Part shown: positions 10,625-20,428 of the stretch, piece by piece
Layout of the letters: each line of letters starts with the position of its first letter
Position numbering within the stretch: the stretch's first letter is position 1
Assembly (NCBI GenBank): GCA_963728405.1
Contig: CAVSJV010000007.1
Span: 96,001-160,000 of the forward strand
Direction: 5' to 3'
From: Methanomassiliicoccaceae archaeon
GTDB lineage: Archaea; Thermoplasmatota; Thermoplasmata; Methanomassiliicoccales; Methanomassiliicoccaceae
DNA: 64,000 nucleotides
The notes under the pieces: model-generated
Database searches by the model: none
Seen by the model: only the letters and a program-made list of their open reading frames with translations
Told to the model about the DNA's origin: nothing
Translations under genes and position numbers: made by a program

Positions 10625-11707
10625 ATGGACCTTATACTGTTCCTTCTGAGCCTTGCCATCATCCTGACCAGTTGCGAGTTCTTCACCAACGGGGTGGAGT
10701 GGATGGGAAGGCGGTTCAACCTCGCCGAGGGTGCTGTAGGCAGCGTGCTGGCAGCGATAGGAACGGCCCTGCCGGAAACGATAGTTCCTCTCATCGCCAT
10801 CCTGGCCGTGGGCGGCAGTGCCGGTGAGGAGCTGGGCATCGGGGCCATACTGGGTTCGCCATTCATGCTGGCGACCCTCGCCCTGTTCGTGTGCGGCCTA
10901 TCGGTCCTGCTGTTCCGTAAGCGCAGGCGGACCAATTCATTATGCATCAATGGCAGCCTGGTGCGCCGGGACCTCAAGTTCTTCTTGCTGGCCTACTCCT
11001 TGGCCGTGGCGGCGGCATTCTTGCCGGCGGACCTCAAGTACCTTAAGGTGGTCCTGGGGGTCGGCTTGCTGGGCTTATATGGTGTCTATGTTTGGCAATC
11101 TCTCAAGACCGGCTCATCCAGCGAGGAGGAGCTCAAGGGCCTCTATTGCAGCCGTTTGTTCGGGGGCCGCTCCTCGAAGGAGGCGTTGCATCCGTCGGAG
11201 GATCCCGTGGCCGAAAAGATCGATGTCATCAGGAAACATCGCCCCGCCACCTGGATGATCTTCTTCCAGGTGTTCATGGCGCTGGTCGGGATCATCGGCG
11301 GTTCCTACATCTTTGTGGAACAGATAAAGGCCCTATCTATGGACATCCAGGCGCCCCTGGTCATCGTGGCCATCCTGATATCGCCCGTAGCCACGGAGCT
11401 CCCGGAGATGTTCAACGGCGTGCTGTGGATCCGGGAACGGAAGGACACCTACGCCATCGGCAACATCACTGGCGCGATGGTGTTCCAGTCATGCATACCG
11501 GTGACCGTCGGTCTGCTGCTCACGCCCTGGGCGATCGACCTGGCGGAAAAGACCAGCGGCCTCATGGCCGCAGCCATGGGCATCGCCCTGTTATCCGGCG
11601 CGATCCTTTACCTCCGCTCAACGGGCCAGGAGCTGAAAGTGTCCGCGTTGATGGTGGGCGGGCTTCTCTACATCTTCTTTTTCGTTCTGGTGCTTATGAA
11701 CGTATAG
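10625..11707 (+). CDS. Sodium:calcium antiporter family protein
   Basis: Two alpha-repeats GTALPE / ATELPE, plus GIGAILGS / AIGNITGA. Confidence 0.88.
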   Translation: MDLILFLLSLAIILTSCEFFTNGVEWMGRRFNLAEGAVGSVLAAIGTALPETIVPLIAILAVGGSAGEELGIGAILGSPFMLATLALFVCGLSVLLFRKRRRTNSLCINGSLVRRDLKFFLLAYSLAVAAAFLPADLKYLKVVLGVGLLGLYGVYVWQSLKTGSSSEEELKGLYCSRLFGGRSSKEALHPSEDPVAEKIDVIRKHRPATWMIFFQVFMALVGIIGGSYIFVEQIKALSMDIQAPLVIVAILISPVATELPEMFNGVLWIRERKDTYAIGNITGAMVFQSCIPVTVGLLLTPWAIDLAEKTSGLMAAAMGIALLSGAILYLRSTGQELKVSALMVGGLLYIFFFVLVLMNV

Positions 11708-11751
11708 GTGATGCCCACATCAAATAACTAGAAATACCAGACGCATTTAAG

Positions 11752-13638
11752 TTGGTGGCCCATTTCGAGCACGGCAAGGTAGGCTTCCGATGGTGTGACA
11801 GCTGCGGGACCCTCATCCTCGGACCGAAGTGCGATGTCTGCGCTTCGGCCGGTAGATACTTCGAGGTCTCCAAGCCTGCGGATATAAGGCCCTGCATGGG
11901 CAAGAGCGCGGACGTGCTCTCTGATATTTTCCAGAAGCATTTCGGCGTCTCCGATTTCATTAGGAACCGTACCATATTCCTGAACAAGGTGTCGGGCGAG
12001 GACAGGACCGACGAGATAGTTTATCAGGGCATGGTCATCGGTACGCTCCGTTACGACCTCAAAGCCTGTGGGTTCCAGCTCGACCTGCGGCTGGAAGGCG
12101 CGTTACTGCTTCATCCCCTGGCCAAGAAAGGCGTTGTGGTGATCGGCCATGACACCGGTCATCTGAAGGGCAAGAACCTGCCGGGAAGGATGATCAATGA
12201 GATCAAAGGCGAGTTCGCGGCCGGCGATCCCCTGATCGTTCTGGCCGGAAGCCTGGTGTGCAGCGCCGTGGCCAAGGTGTCCAGCGAGGACGCTCCCACC
12301 GCCGACAAGGCCGTGGGCGTCAGGGATGTGGGCAAGGGCACCATCGAGGTCGTCAAGCGCAAATCCTCCTGGACCGGGTTCGTCAATGCCAATGAGGGCC
12401 ACTTCCGCACGCTCGAATCGAAGACCATATCGGACATCAAGTCCTTCGTCGGGAACAACAAGCTGCCCGTGACGCTCTCGTTCAGCGGGGGGAAGGATTC
12501 CCTGGCCTGCTACGGGCTGGCGTCCCGGGCGCTCGAGGAGTACGTGCTCATCTTCGTCAACACCGGCCTGGAGTTCCCGGAGACGGTTCGCTTCGTCGAG
12601 GAGTTTGCCAAGAAGAACCGCAAGCGCCTGCTGATAGCTGATGCAGGCAACGCGTTCTGGGAACAGGTCGACTCGTTCGGCCCGCCGGCCAAGGACTTCC
12701 GGTGGTGCTGCAAGGTCTGCAAGCTCGCCCCCCTGACCGAGCTGATCGAGAGAAACTTCCCCCAGGGAACGGTCACCATAGAGGGCAACCGCGCCTACGA
12801 GTCCTTCGCCCGCTCAAACATCGCCTTTGTCGAAAGGAACCCCTTCGTCCCGAACCAGGTAATACTCAACCCCATCCGGGAATGGAGGGCAGTAGAGGTG
12901 TGGGGCTATATCTGGTGGAGGAACCTCGATTACAATCCACTTTACGAACAGGATTTCGAGCGCATCGGGTGTTACCTGTGCCCCTCCTGCCTGGAAAGCG
13001 AATGGAAGAACACCTCCCGGATCCACCCCAAGCTACACGCCCAATGGAACGCCCACCTGAAGGCGTGGTCCGAGAAGAACGGTGGAAGCGAGGAGTACGT
13101 CAAGTACGGCTTCTGGCGATGGAAGGTCTTCCCGCGGAAAATGAAACAGCTGGCCGAGGAAGTGGACCTGAAACTTCCGGAGGTCCGTTCTGACCGCATC
13201 GACCTTAAGTGGGTCAAGGGCGTGTCGCCCTGCGTCACGGGAGGCTATTCCGCCGAGGGAGTGCTGTCCGTGCCGCACAAGAGGGAATTCCCCATGATCG
13301 TGGAGGCCCTCAAGACCATCGGTCAAGTAAAGTACTCCAAGGACTTCGAGATCGCTCTGGTCAAGACCAAGGATTCCACCCTAAAAGTGTTCGGGGGCGG
13401 TCAGCTGGTGGCGACGGGGCCCTCTCCGGAAAAAGCCCAGCAGATCTTCGAGGCCGGGGCCAAGGCGTTGCTGCGGGCCCAGCTGTGCACGCAATGTGGC
13501 ATATGCATTCGCAGCTGCCGCACCAAGGCCATCACCATCGACCGCGGGCTGATCGTGAACGAGGAGCGATGCAACCGGTGCGGCAAGTGCGCCGAAGCGT
13601 GTGTGGTCGCGCACTACTATGATAAGCTGGTGAAATAG
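11752..13638 (+). CDS. PAPS-reductase family protein with PUA-like and 4Fe-4S domains
   Basis: SFSGGKDS PP-loop, RWCCKVCK, RIGCYLCP, C-terminal double CxxCxxCxxxC. Confidence 0.88.
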   Translation: MVAHFEHGKVGFRWCDSCGTLILGPKCDVCASAGRYFEVSKPADIRPCMGKSADVLSDIFQKHFGVSDFIRNRTIFLNKVSGEDRTDEIVYQGMVIGTLRYDLKACGFQLDLRLEGALLLHPLAKKGVVVIGHDTGHLKGKNLPGRMINEIKGEFAAGDPLIVLAGSLVCSAVAKVSSEDAPTADKAVGVRDVGKGTIEVVKRKSSWTGFVNANEGHFRTLESKTISDIKSFVGNNKLPVTLSFSGGKDSLACYGLASRALEEYVLIFVNTGLEFPETVRFVEEFAKKNRKRLLIADAGNAFWEQVDSFGPPAKDFRWCCKVCKLAPLTELIERNFPQGTVTIEGNRAYESFARSNIAFVERNPFVPNQVILNPIREWRAVEVWGYIWWRNLDYNPLYEQDFERIGCYLCPSCLESEWKNTSRIHPKLHAQWNAHLKAWSEKNGGSEEYVKYGFWRWKVFPRKMKQLAEEVDLKLPEVRSDRIDLKWVKGVSPCVTGGYSAEGVLSVPHKREFPMIVEALKTIGQVKYSKDFEIALVKTKDSTLKVFGGGQLVATGPSPEKAQQIFEAGAKALLRAQLCTQCGICIRSCRTKAITIDRGLIVNEERCNRCGKCAEACVVAHYYDKLVK

Positions 13639-13677
13639 CCATAGTTTAAAATAGGGACACATTTTCCTAGGGGATGG

Positions 13678-14403
13678 ATGGACTTCACTTCCTTAGCGGC
13701 CGCGGCCATTGGTTTCGCCCCGCCCATAGTCCTGATGCTATGGACCCTGCAGAACTACACCTACCCTAAGGTCGAAAAGCCCTACTTCAGCGATCCCACG
13801 CTGTTCGGCATGTTCGCCATAGGGATCGTCGTGGGGGTCGCCCTTTACGTTGTCTCATTGCTCATAGCGCCGGCATACGCCTTGGTCGGATTCTTCCTCG
13901 AGGAGACGGTCAAGCTCATGATCATAAACATGCCGAGGTTCCAACGGCGTGCCGACACCCCGTTCTACGCGTTCGGTCTCAGTGCGGGGATAGCTTCTGC
14001 CCTGGCCTTTGGGCTGGTGAATCGGGCGTTGGTCGGCGTGGGCTTCGACGCCGTGGCGGTCATCATCATGGTCGTGTACTCGATCATGATCGCCCTCTTG
14101 CAAATTTCCACCGGTACGACCATCGGGATGGGTGTGGCCCGAGGGACGCCCTGGCCGTTCTTCGGGCAGGCGGTAGTGGTGCATCTGGCAGCAGTGCTGC
14201 TGCTCGTCCCCTTCAGCACGGTCCTCGGCGAAGGCGAGAGCGCGATAGGCATCGTCCTGTTCGTGGTGGCCTTCTTCTTTGTAGCAACCTACTATTGGTA
14301 TGTCCACCGCAAGCTCCTTCCCGCGTACGTCAGGGAGGCTCTGGCTAAGATGGGAGGTATGAAACCTAAAAAGGCGAGAAAGGAACGCAGGTCGAAAGTT
14401 TGA
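13678..14403 (+). CDS. Membrane protein, possibly PrsW-like
   Basis: About 7 hydrophobic segments; FLEETVK resembles the PrsW EExxK motif. Confidence 0.55.
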   Translation: MDFTSLAAAAIGFAPPIVLMLWTLQNYTYPKVEKPYFSDPTLFGMFAIGIVVGVALYVVSLLIAPAYALVGFFLEETVKLMIINMPRFQRRADTPFYAFGLSAGIASALAFGLVNRALVGVGFDAVAVIIMVVYSIMIALLQISTGTTIGMGVARGTPWPFFGQAVVVHLAAVLLLVPFSTVLGEGESAIGIVLFVVAFFFVATYYWYVHRKLLPAYVREALAKMGGMKPKKARKERRSKV

Positions 14404-14414
14404 AATCATATTAA

Positions 14415-15558
14415 TTGGGTGATAATAACGTGGAACAAGGTCAGAAGAAGCGTTCGGCCGTGAAGGCGATCGCTGTGATCGCCGTTGTGATAATACTTGC
14501 CCTTCTTCTCTTGACGCCTGCGGTCCAGGGTTTTCTAAGGGACCTTATTCAGTCCCCATTCCAGCCTCGTTACCCGGAGAGCGCGACCTTCACCCTCGAG
14601 CGGACGATGACCGTGGACGCCAACGGCGGCGAGGTGCTGAACTACACGTTCGACATTTGCGAGCCGATCAATATCTCACAGAACGGTTACGCCATCCAGG
14701 ATGTCAGCTCCATCGCCTATTCTCCAGCCGTATCGACCGAGGACAGTCCGGTATGGCCAGAACTGGGTCACCTGGTACGGGTCGTCCTTCTCTGGTCAAA
14801 AGGCCAAGACCTCCACCGCCACTTACGAAGTGACGGTATACACGCACATATGGGACATCGACAAAGAGAAGTCGCTTAACGTGTCCGATATCCCGTCGTC
14901 CCTGAAAGCGACCTACCTGCACGACGAGTGGAAGATGGACATGTCCTCCTCCGAGATCGTGGCCACATCAAATTCTATCGTCGGCACCGAGACCAATGTT
15001 TACCAGATCCTGCGGGACATCTATAACTGGATGACAGCCAATGTTCGGTATCCGACCACGACCTCCGGCGGCGAGCCGCAGAGCGCCCTGGAGACCCTGA
15101 GCTCCCGAGTGGGCGATTGCGACGACCAATCCATCCTGTTCTGCTCACTGGCCCGGGCTGCGGGTGTGCCGGCATGGCTGCAGATGGGCGCGCTGTACGT
15201 GAACGCCGAGAACAGCTGGGGAGGCCACGGATGGCTGCAGGCCTACATTCCGCTCAGGTCAGGCGGCGGAGAGAACGTGACCATCGACGTGGTCAACAAG
15301 GATTTCCTGGTGTTCCGTCCTAACCGGTTCGTGGACTTCACCGACGACGGCGCTGGTGACCATCTGAGCGATTATTATTACACTTTCTACACTACCTACG
15401 ACCCCAAGACCTATGCTCCGGGATCGGGACCGGAGTATAGCGAGGCGTACGTGAAGATCAGCTATGTGGAGTCGAGCAAGAAGATTAGCCAGGGGGCGGT
15501 GTACGAGTTGGCCGACCTCATACAGGTCGGTACCGTCCGGGTGCAGACTCGTAGATGA
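14415..15558 (+). CDS. Membrane-anchored transglutaminase-like protein
   Basis: N-terminal TM helix; GDCDD..LFCSLARAAGVPA and GHGW catalytic motifs. Frameshift near 14740. Confidence 0.8.
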
Positions 15559-15949
15559 TGCCAGCGCTGAGCATTCGGGCCATCAGCTTGTCAAGAGCAC
15601 CCTCGTCCGCGGTCCCCAGCGCCTTCATGATGTCGTCCTTGGTGAAGGCCTTGCTTTCCTTTGATAGCTCCAGGACCAGCGACCTCATCGCCTGCTCGTC
15701 GGACGGGATCCCGGTGCGAGGGACTGGGGCGCTCGGATAAGGAGCGCCGGGCATCTCGATGTCGTAGACCAGCCGCGCCCCGACCTGCCGGACGCCATCG
15801 GCCAGCTCTTTGGGGGAATCGGTAGAAAAATAGACCTTGGCCCTCTTGACATCGATCTTGCCCCCGCAGCGGGGGCAGGTTATGCGGGCCATGTTGAGAT
15901 CCGCCCCCTGCACCAGGGTGCAGTGCGGACAGATAATCACGCCGAACAT
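15518..15949 (-). CDS. Zinc-ribbon plus winged-helix hypothetical protein
   Basis: MFGVIICPHC...CPRCG, C-terminal GIIYESAPGRY wing. The ATG directly abuts the TnpB element end. Confidence 0.65.
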   Translation of the reverse strand: MFGVIICPHCTLVQGADLNMARITCPRCGGKIDVKRAKVYFSTDSPKELADGVRQVGARLVYDIEMPGAPYPSAPVPRTGIPSDEQAMRSLVLELSKESKAFTKDDIMKALGTADEGALDKLMARMLSAGIIYESAPGRYRPV

Positions 15950-17254
15950 GTGAACTACCCCTCCGAAGGGGCGTCTTGCTTCAACCACTCGACTTGCATC
16001 ATTCTCAATGATGTAGCGGTCCAATGTCCACAAGCGAGTTCGGGCAGTTCCTGCCCTACCTTCTCAATACCTCGGTGGAGGATATTGATGGAAGCGTTAT
16101 GGTCACGCGATAGCGATAGACCACAGAATGGACAGTCGTGTCGTCTATCGCCTAGTGTTTTAGGAACTAGCTTGCCGCAGCCGGAGCACATCTGACTCGT
16201 GTTTCTTGGATCGACCTGAACGAACAGCTTACCAGCATTTTCAGCTTTGTAAGCTAGTTCCTGGTTCAGCGAACTCCAAGACGCGTCGGATATGCTTCTT
16301 GCTAGTCTGCGATTCTTGACCATGTTGCCTGGGTTAAGTTTCTCCGTGACAATGAGGTCGTAATTGTTCACGTACGCTCTTGAGACCTTGTGCTGAAAGT
16401 CGTTCCGCTGGTTCTCAACTCTTTCGTGGCATCTAGCGACGATGATGCGCTGCTTCTCTTTGTTCTTCGAACCTCTTTGCTTTTTGCTCAATCGTCTTTG
16501 TTCTTTTCTTAACTTCTTCAACGCTTGCTTAAGATGGCGAGGATTTTCGATCTCGTGGCCGTCGCTGTCGACGATGTAGTGATCTAAACCAACGTCTAGT
16601 CCGATGGCCTGCTCGATTTTGACCGTTTCGTAATTGTCTAAGCCAGTATCGACGACAATGAAGGCGTACCATTCACCCGATGACATTTGTTTTATAGTTA
16701 TTTGCTTGATTCTGCCAATAACCTCGTGATGAAGACGAATTGGGATTTCCCCTATTTTCGACAAATAAAGAAGACCGAACTTATCATTTTTTGGCAATAG
16801 TTTGAACCCTATCTGATTGTAGGTAAAGGACTTGAATCGAGTCTTATTCTTGAAACGCAGCTTGCCAATTCTCTTCCCTTTTTCCTTAATTGCCCTTTGA
16901 GCCTTAATGTTATAAAACAGACGATCCCTCACAGGCTGAAGGCATTTTGAGTAGACGTCTCTTAGTTCTGGCATCTCATCCTTGAGCTGTGTTAGGAACC
17001 TGCCCGTCTCATAATGGTCCATTAGCCCAGCATTGTACTCCTCCAGAAGTCTATTATATACCAAGCAACAAAGATCCCTAACCCGGATGAGCTCCCGCTC
17101 TTGATCCATATTTGGATAGATGCGGAACTTGTTGGTGAGTATCATCTCTGTCAAAAATTCTTCATGACATTGATGGTTATAAGGTTAGAGGGGAGGTGAG
17201 CGAAAGTGCTCTAAAATGGGCTCACTCCTATCTCTTCCCAGGGGTTGACTACTC
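15950..17254 (-). mobile_element. IS200/IS605-family (IS1341-type, tnpB-only) element
   Basis: Lower GC than flanks. Right end ...GCCCCTTCGGAGGGGTAGTTCAC; upstream stem-loop GAGTGAGC...GCTCAC. Left boundary inferred after TGAT. No tnpA in the window. Confidence 0.75.
15955..17154 (-). CDS. tnpB: RNA-guided endonuclease TnpB
   Basis: KFRIYP N-terminus, RuvC I IGLDVG, RuvC II VTEKL, Zn finger CSGC/CPFC, RuvC III RDHNAS. Confidence 0.95.
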   Translation of the reverse strand: MTEMILTNKFRIYPNMDQERELIRVRDLCCLVYNRLLEEYNAGLMDHYETGRFLTQLKDEMPELRDVYSKCLQPVRDRLFYNIKAQRAIKEKGKRIGKLRFKNKTRFKSFTYNQIGFKLLPKNDKFGLLYLSKIGEIPIRLHHEVIGRIKQITIKQMSSGEWYAFIVVDTGLDNYETVKIEQAIGLDVGLDHYIVDSDGHEIENPRHLKQALKKLRKEQRRLSKKQRGSKNKEKQRIIVARCHERVENQRNDFQHKVSRAYVNNYDLIVTEKLNPGNMVKNRRLARSISDASWSSLNQELAYKAENAGKLFVQVDPRNTSQMCSGCGKLVPKTLGDRRHDCPFCGLSLSRDHNASINILHRGIEKVGQELPELACGHWTATSLRMMQVEWLKQDAPSEG

Positions 17255-17261
17255 ATCAGAT

Positions 17262-17732
17262 CTAGTATTCGACGAATACCAGGGCAGCGACGCAGGCCCC
17301 ATAGTTGTCCATGGGGACGGAGAGCTCCTCGATCCGGTACTCGATGGCCTCCATCTCGATGCCCCTGAGCTTGGCCATCTCGTCCATCTTCCATTCCATG
17401 ATCTCGCGCAGGGCCTTCTTTGATCCATGGATATGTCCCTCGGCAACATAGCCGCCCTTACCGTCCTTTCGGAACCCGTAGGCGATGCCGGCGGAGATCA
17501 TCTCACCCTCCCCGCCTCTCATTTGGGCGAGGACGCAGTGGGTGATGGTCCCCATGGGCAGCTCTCGGATCCCTACCTGCTCGGCGTTGACCGGCAGGAC
17601 CGATGAGACGGAGACGATGTTAAGCTCGCCGATGCCGGCCTCGAGCAATGCCTTGTCGAAGGCATTTAGGTCGGAGACCTTGCTCACGGCGCAGCCAGAG
17701 GAGACGAAGAATTTCTTTGGGACGAGATGCAT
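17262..17732 (-). CDS. pdaD: Pyruvoyl-dependent arginine decarboxylase
   Basis: LNAFDKALLEAGIGELNIVSVSSVLP self-cleavage motif, GYVAE. Confidence 0.9.
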   Translation of the reverse strand: MHLVPKKFFVSSGCAVSKVSDLNAFDKALLEAGIGELNIVSVSSVLPVNAEQVGIRELPMGTITHCVLAQMRGGEGEMISAGIAYGFRKDGKGGYVAEGHIHGSKKALREIMEWKMDEMAKLRGIEMEAIEYRIEELSVPMDNYGACVAALVFVEY

Positions 17733-17936
17733 AAACCGATGTAATTAGCACCTCGAATTTAAGGGTTTCCCTCTCCGACCAAGCGGCGTGGTAACGGTGC
17801 TCCCAGGCTGACCGCCGATGGCCCTCGCCGTGTAAATTATATGGAAATAAAGATTAATTAAGTCGGATGATCCGTTCCCGATGGTTTCGGACAACATAGC
17901 GCTCAGCGACACCTTGGCCGATCGATTCGATGCGCC

Positions 17937-18911
17937 TCAGTCTTCCAACTTCATCATTTCCATGCGCTGGGGTGTCGATTGATCGGTCCGGATGTCCCGG
18001 AACTCGCGCTCCAGCATCTTCACCTCACGGCTGTTCAGGGCCCCCGGGCTTATGGGCAGCAGGAAAATGGAATCGGTCACTGCCGTCGCTTCGGACAGGA
18101 GCTGCACGAATTTCAGTATCTTGTTGAAGTTGTTCTGGGAGACCAGGTACTCAAGCCCGCTTATCAGGAAGACCGCCCCCTCGCTCTGCTCGAGGAAGGT
18201 CTTGATCTCGTTATAGATGAGCGGGACATTGGTCGGCTCTCGAGCGTTGCCCTTATCGCCCTCATAGGACAACCACACCAGCTGCGCCCCGTCCAGGCGA
18301 AAGGTCTTACGCAGCCTCTCGGGATATTCTCTGGAGATGCAAAGGCCCCGGCTCCCGTGGGCGATGTAGTCCTCCAGGATCTCGAACGCCTCCCGGGAGT
18401 TATCGGACTCGATCAAGTACGCGCAGCCGGATTCCAGATTATACTTCCTCGCCGACGCACTGATGGCCAGGGGCGGGGGGGCCGAGGCCATCTCGGACGG
18501 GATGAGATGGTGCACGCACCTCTCCGCCCCCTGGGACATGCACACGACCTCGGTGGCCTTGTAATGCCGCCCCAACAGCCCGGAGGCGATGCCCGACAGG
18601 TAACCGCGGGTGAAATCGCATCGGCGGCCATGGGAGGCCTCGACCGATTCGTCAAAGGTGACCACGATCTCGTCGGCTGTGACCTTCATCACCTTCGTTC
18701 TGGACAACCCGCTCTCCGACCACAGCTGGGAGAAGACCTCGGCGAAGCTGTCCAATTCAGTGACCGGTACGTCCAACGAACTGACCAGGGTCATGCCCGC
18801 CTTGAACCCGGTCCGTTCCAGGGTCTCTCCGGCCCAATCCCCGGCCATCAGTTCCAGCTCTTCACGGAGCGACAATAGCGCGGACGCCGGCATGACGAAG
18901 AAAGGGTTCAC
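17937..18911 (-). CDS. V4R-domain / DUF835-domain fusion protein
   Basis: N-terminal V4R (CDFTRGYLSG...EVVCMSQGAERC); C-terminal DUF835 (GLCISREYP, WLS, ISGLEYLV..N.F..LKF). Confidence 0.75.
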   Translation of the reverse strand: MNPFFVMPASALLSLREELELMAGDWAGETLERTGFKAGMTLVSSLDVPVTELDSFAEVFSQLWSESGLSRTKVMKVTADEIVVTFDESVEASHGRRCDFTRGYLSGIASGLLGRHYKATEVVCMSQGAERCVHHLIPSEMASAPPPLAISASARKYNLESGCAYLIESDNSREAFEILEDYIAHGSRGLCISREYPERLRKTFRLDGAQLVWLSYEGDKGNAREPTNVPLIYNEIKTFLEQSEGAVFLISGLEYLVSQNNFNKILKFVQLLSEATAVTDSIFLLPISPGALNSREVKMLEREFRDIRTDQSTPQRMEMMKLED

Positions 18912-19420
18912 TTCCCGGCCTCCATGACCATTCGGCCCAAGCTCTCAAAGGCCTCCTGGACGCCGTTCCCGGTCTTGGCACTGGTGAACAGTAGCTCTCG
19001 TCCCATCTTCGCCCTGGTCTCGAGGACGTTCTTCAGCTCCAGCTTGCTCTCGAGATCGGACTTGTTCACGATAGGGATGACCGGCACCGGCCCGGTGACG
19101 TTCTCCAGGTCCGTCTTCCATTGGGGAAGGTGCAGGAGCGTCTCCTCGCGGGTCTGGTCGCAGACCAGCAGGGCACCGTTAGCTCCGTTATAATAGGCGG
19201 CATGCAAGGTCTTTTGAGACCTTTGGCCAAGCACATCCCAGATCATAAGGGTGAGCTGGACGTCCTCGTACTCGATGACCTTCTTGGAGACCTTGGTGCC
19301 GAAGCTCATGATATACTCGTCTCTGAAACAATCAAGCACGTACCTGCCGATCAGACTGGTCTTCCCGACTCCGCCGTCCCCTAAAAGGCAGACCTTGCGG
19401 ATAATCCTCTTCTTGTCCAT
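18908..19420 (-). CDS. Ras/Rab-like small GTPase
   Basis: KVCLLGDGGVGKTS, IWDVLGQ, YYNGANGALLV, NKSD, TSAK. Confidence 0.9.
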   Translation of the reverse strand: MDKKRIIRKVCLLGDGGVGKTSLIGRYVLDCFRDEYIMSFGTKVSKKVIEYEDVQLTLMIWDVLGQRSQKTLHAAYYNGANGALLVCDQTREETLLHLPQWKTDLENVTGPVPVIPIVNKSDLESKLELKNVLETRAKMGRELLFTSAKTGNGVQEAFESLGRMVMEAGK

Positions 19421-19512
19421 GGCAGGCCGGAAAGAATCGCCATGTCCGTATAAATACATTAGCTGGAAAAAATCGTTCTCCCGTTCTTATAAAATGGAAA
19501 GGCGGGGCGGCC

Positions 19513-20280
19513 TCAGCCGTAGACCACCGATTCCTCGGGCGTTAGCTTCTTGGGCTGGTTGACGCTCTCCATGGCCGCCTTGATCTGCCGCTCGATCTCC
19601 TCCGCTTCCTTGTACAATGGGTCGGGGTCGATCTTGATCTCTGGCAACATCTTGGCCACTACCTCCAGGAGCTTGGCCGAACCCCTGGCATCGGGGAAGT
19701 TGACCCGGGCCGGTCCCAGCAGGCAGATGACGTCCAGGCCGCGGATCTCGCCGCCGAAGAGCATGACCCCGGTGATGCCGCTGACCATGCCCTCCTTCAT
19801 CTCCTCCACCCCGTATTTTTTAAGGAGCTCTCTGCTCGCCGGGGAGCTGCCGACCCCATAGATCTTGGGCTCGTCCGTCGTTTGCCAGTTGATGCCCTCA
19901 AGGGACACGATGGTCTTGACCCCCTTCTCCTGGCAATAGTTCAATAGCGTATCGGCGAGCGGCTGCACCAGCTCCGGCTTGGGCATGAACTCGGCCGCGA
20001 CGGTGATGAGCTGCCTACACTGCTCTCCCTTATCGCTGCAACGTCGCTGGCCCGCGTACACTCGGACTGGCGGGGAGGGTACCCCTTCGTGGATGAGGGT
20101 ATAAGGGGGGAAGTCCTTGGACATGATCCCGGCAACACGCTCCAGCTTGGAGGTCCTGATGATAAAATTGGCCGCTATGGAGCTGACCAGCCCTACCGAG
20201 GGGAACCCCACTATCATCATGCCGTCATTGAAATTATCCGTTTTGTACTCGTGGATGATCAGGTCTGATGTCATAGTCAT
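19513..20280 (-). CDS. PAC2 family proteasome assembly chaperone
   Basis: VGFPSVGLVSSIA, PPVRVY, SGITGVML, PDARGS. Confidence 0.88.
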   Translation of the reverse strand: MTMTSDLIIHEYKTDNFNDGMMIVGFPSVGLVSSIAANFIIRTSKLERVAGIMSKDFPPYTLIHEGVPSPPVRVYAGQRRCSDKGEQCRQLITVAAEFMPKPELVQPLADTLLNYCQEKGVKTIVSLEGINWQTTDEPKIYGVGSSPASRELLKKYGVEEMKEGMVSGITGVMLFGGEIRGLDVICLLGPARVNFPDARGSAKLLEVVAKMLPEIKIDPDPLYKEAEEIERQIKAAMESVNQPKKLTPEESVVYG

Positions 20281-20428
20281 TCCTTCGGACAGTTCTCGAT
20301 TTCAGGCGAGCGTACTTAATCCTTTTCCGTACCCAGGCTTCCCAACGGCCCCCAGGTTCGTTCAGAAGACGGATTCAGGTGACGGATATGGAAAGTAATA
20401 TGGTCGGGCTCGCTCTTTTGAAGGGTCC

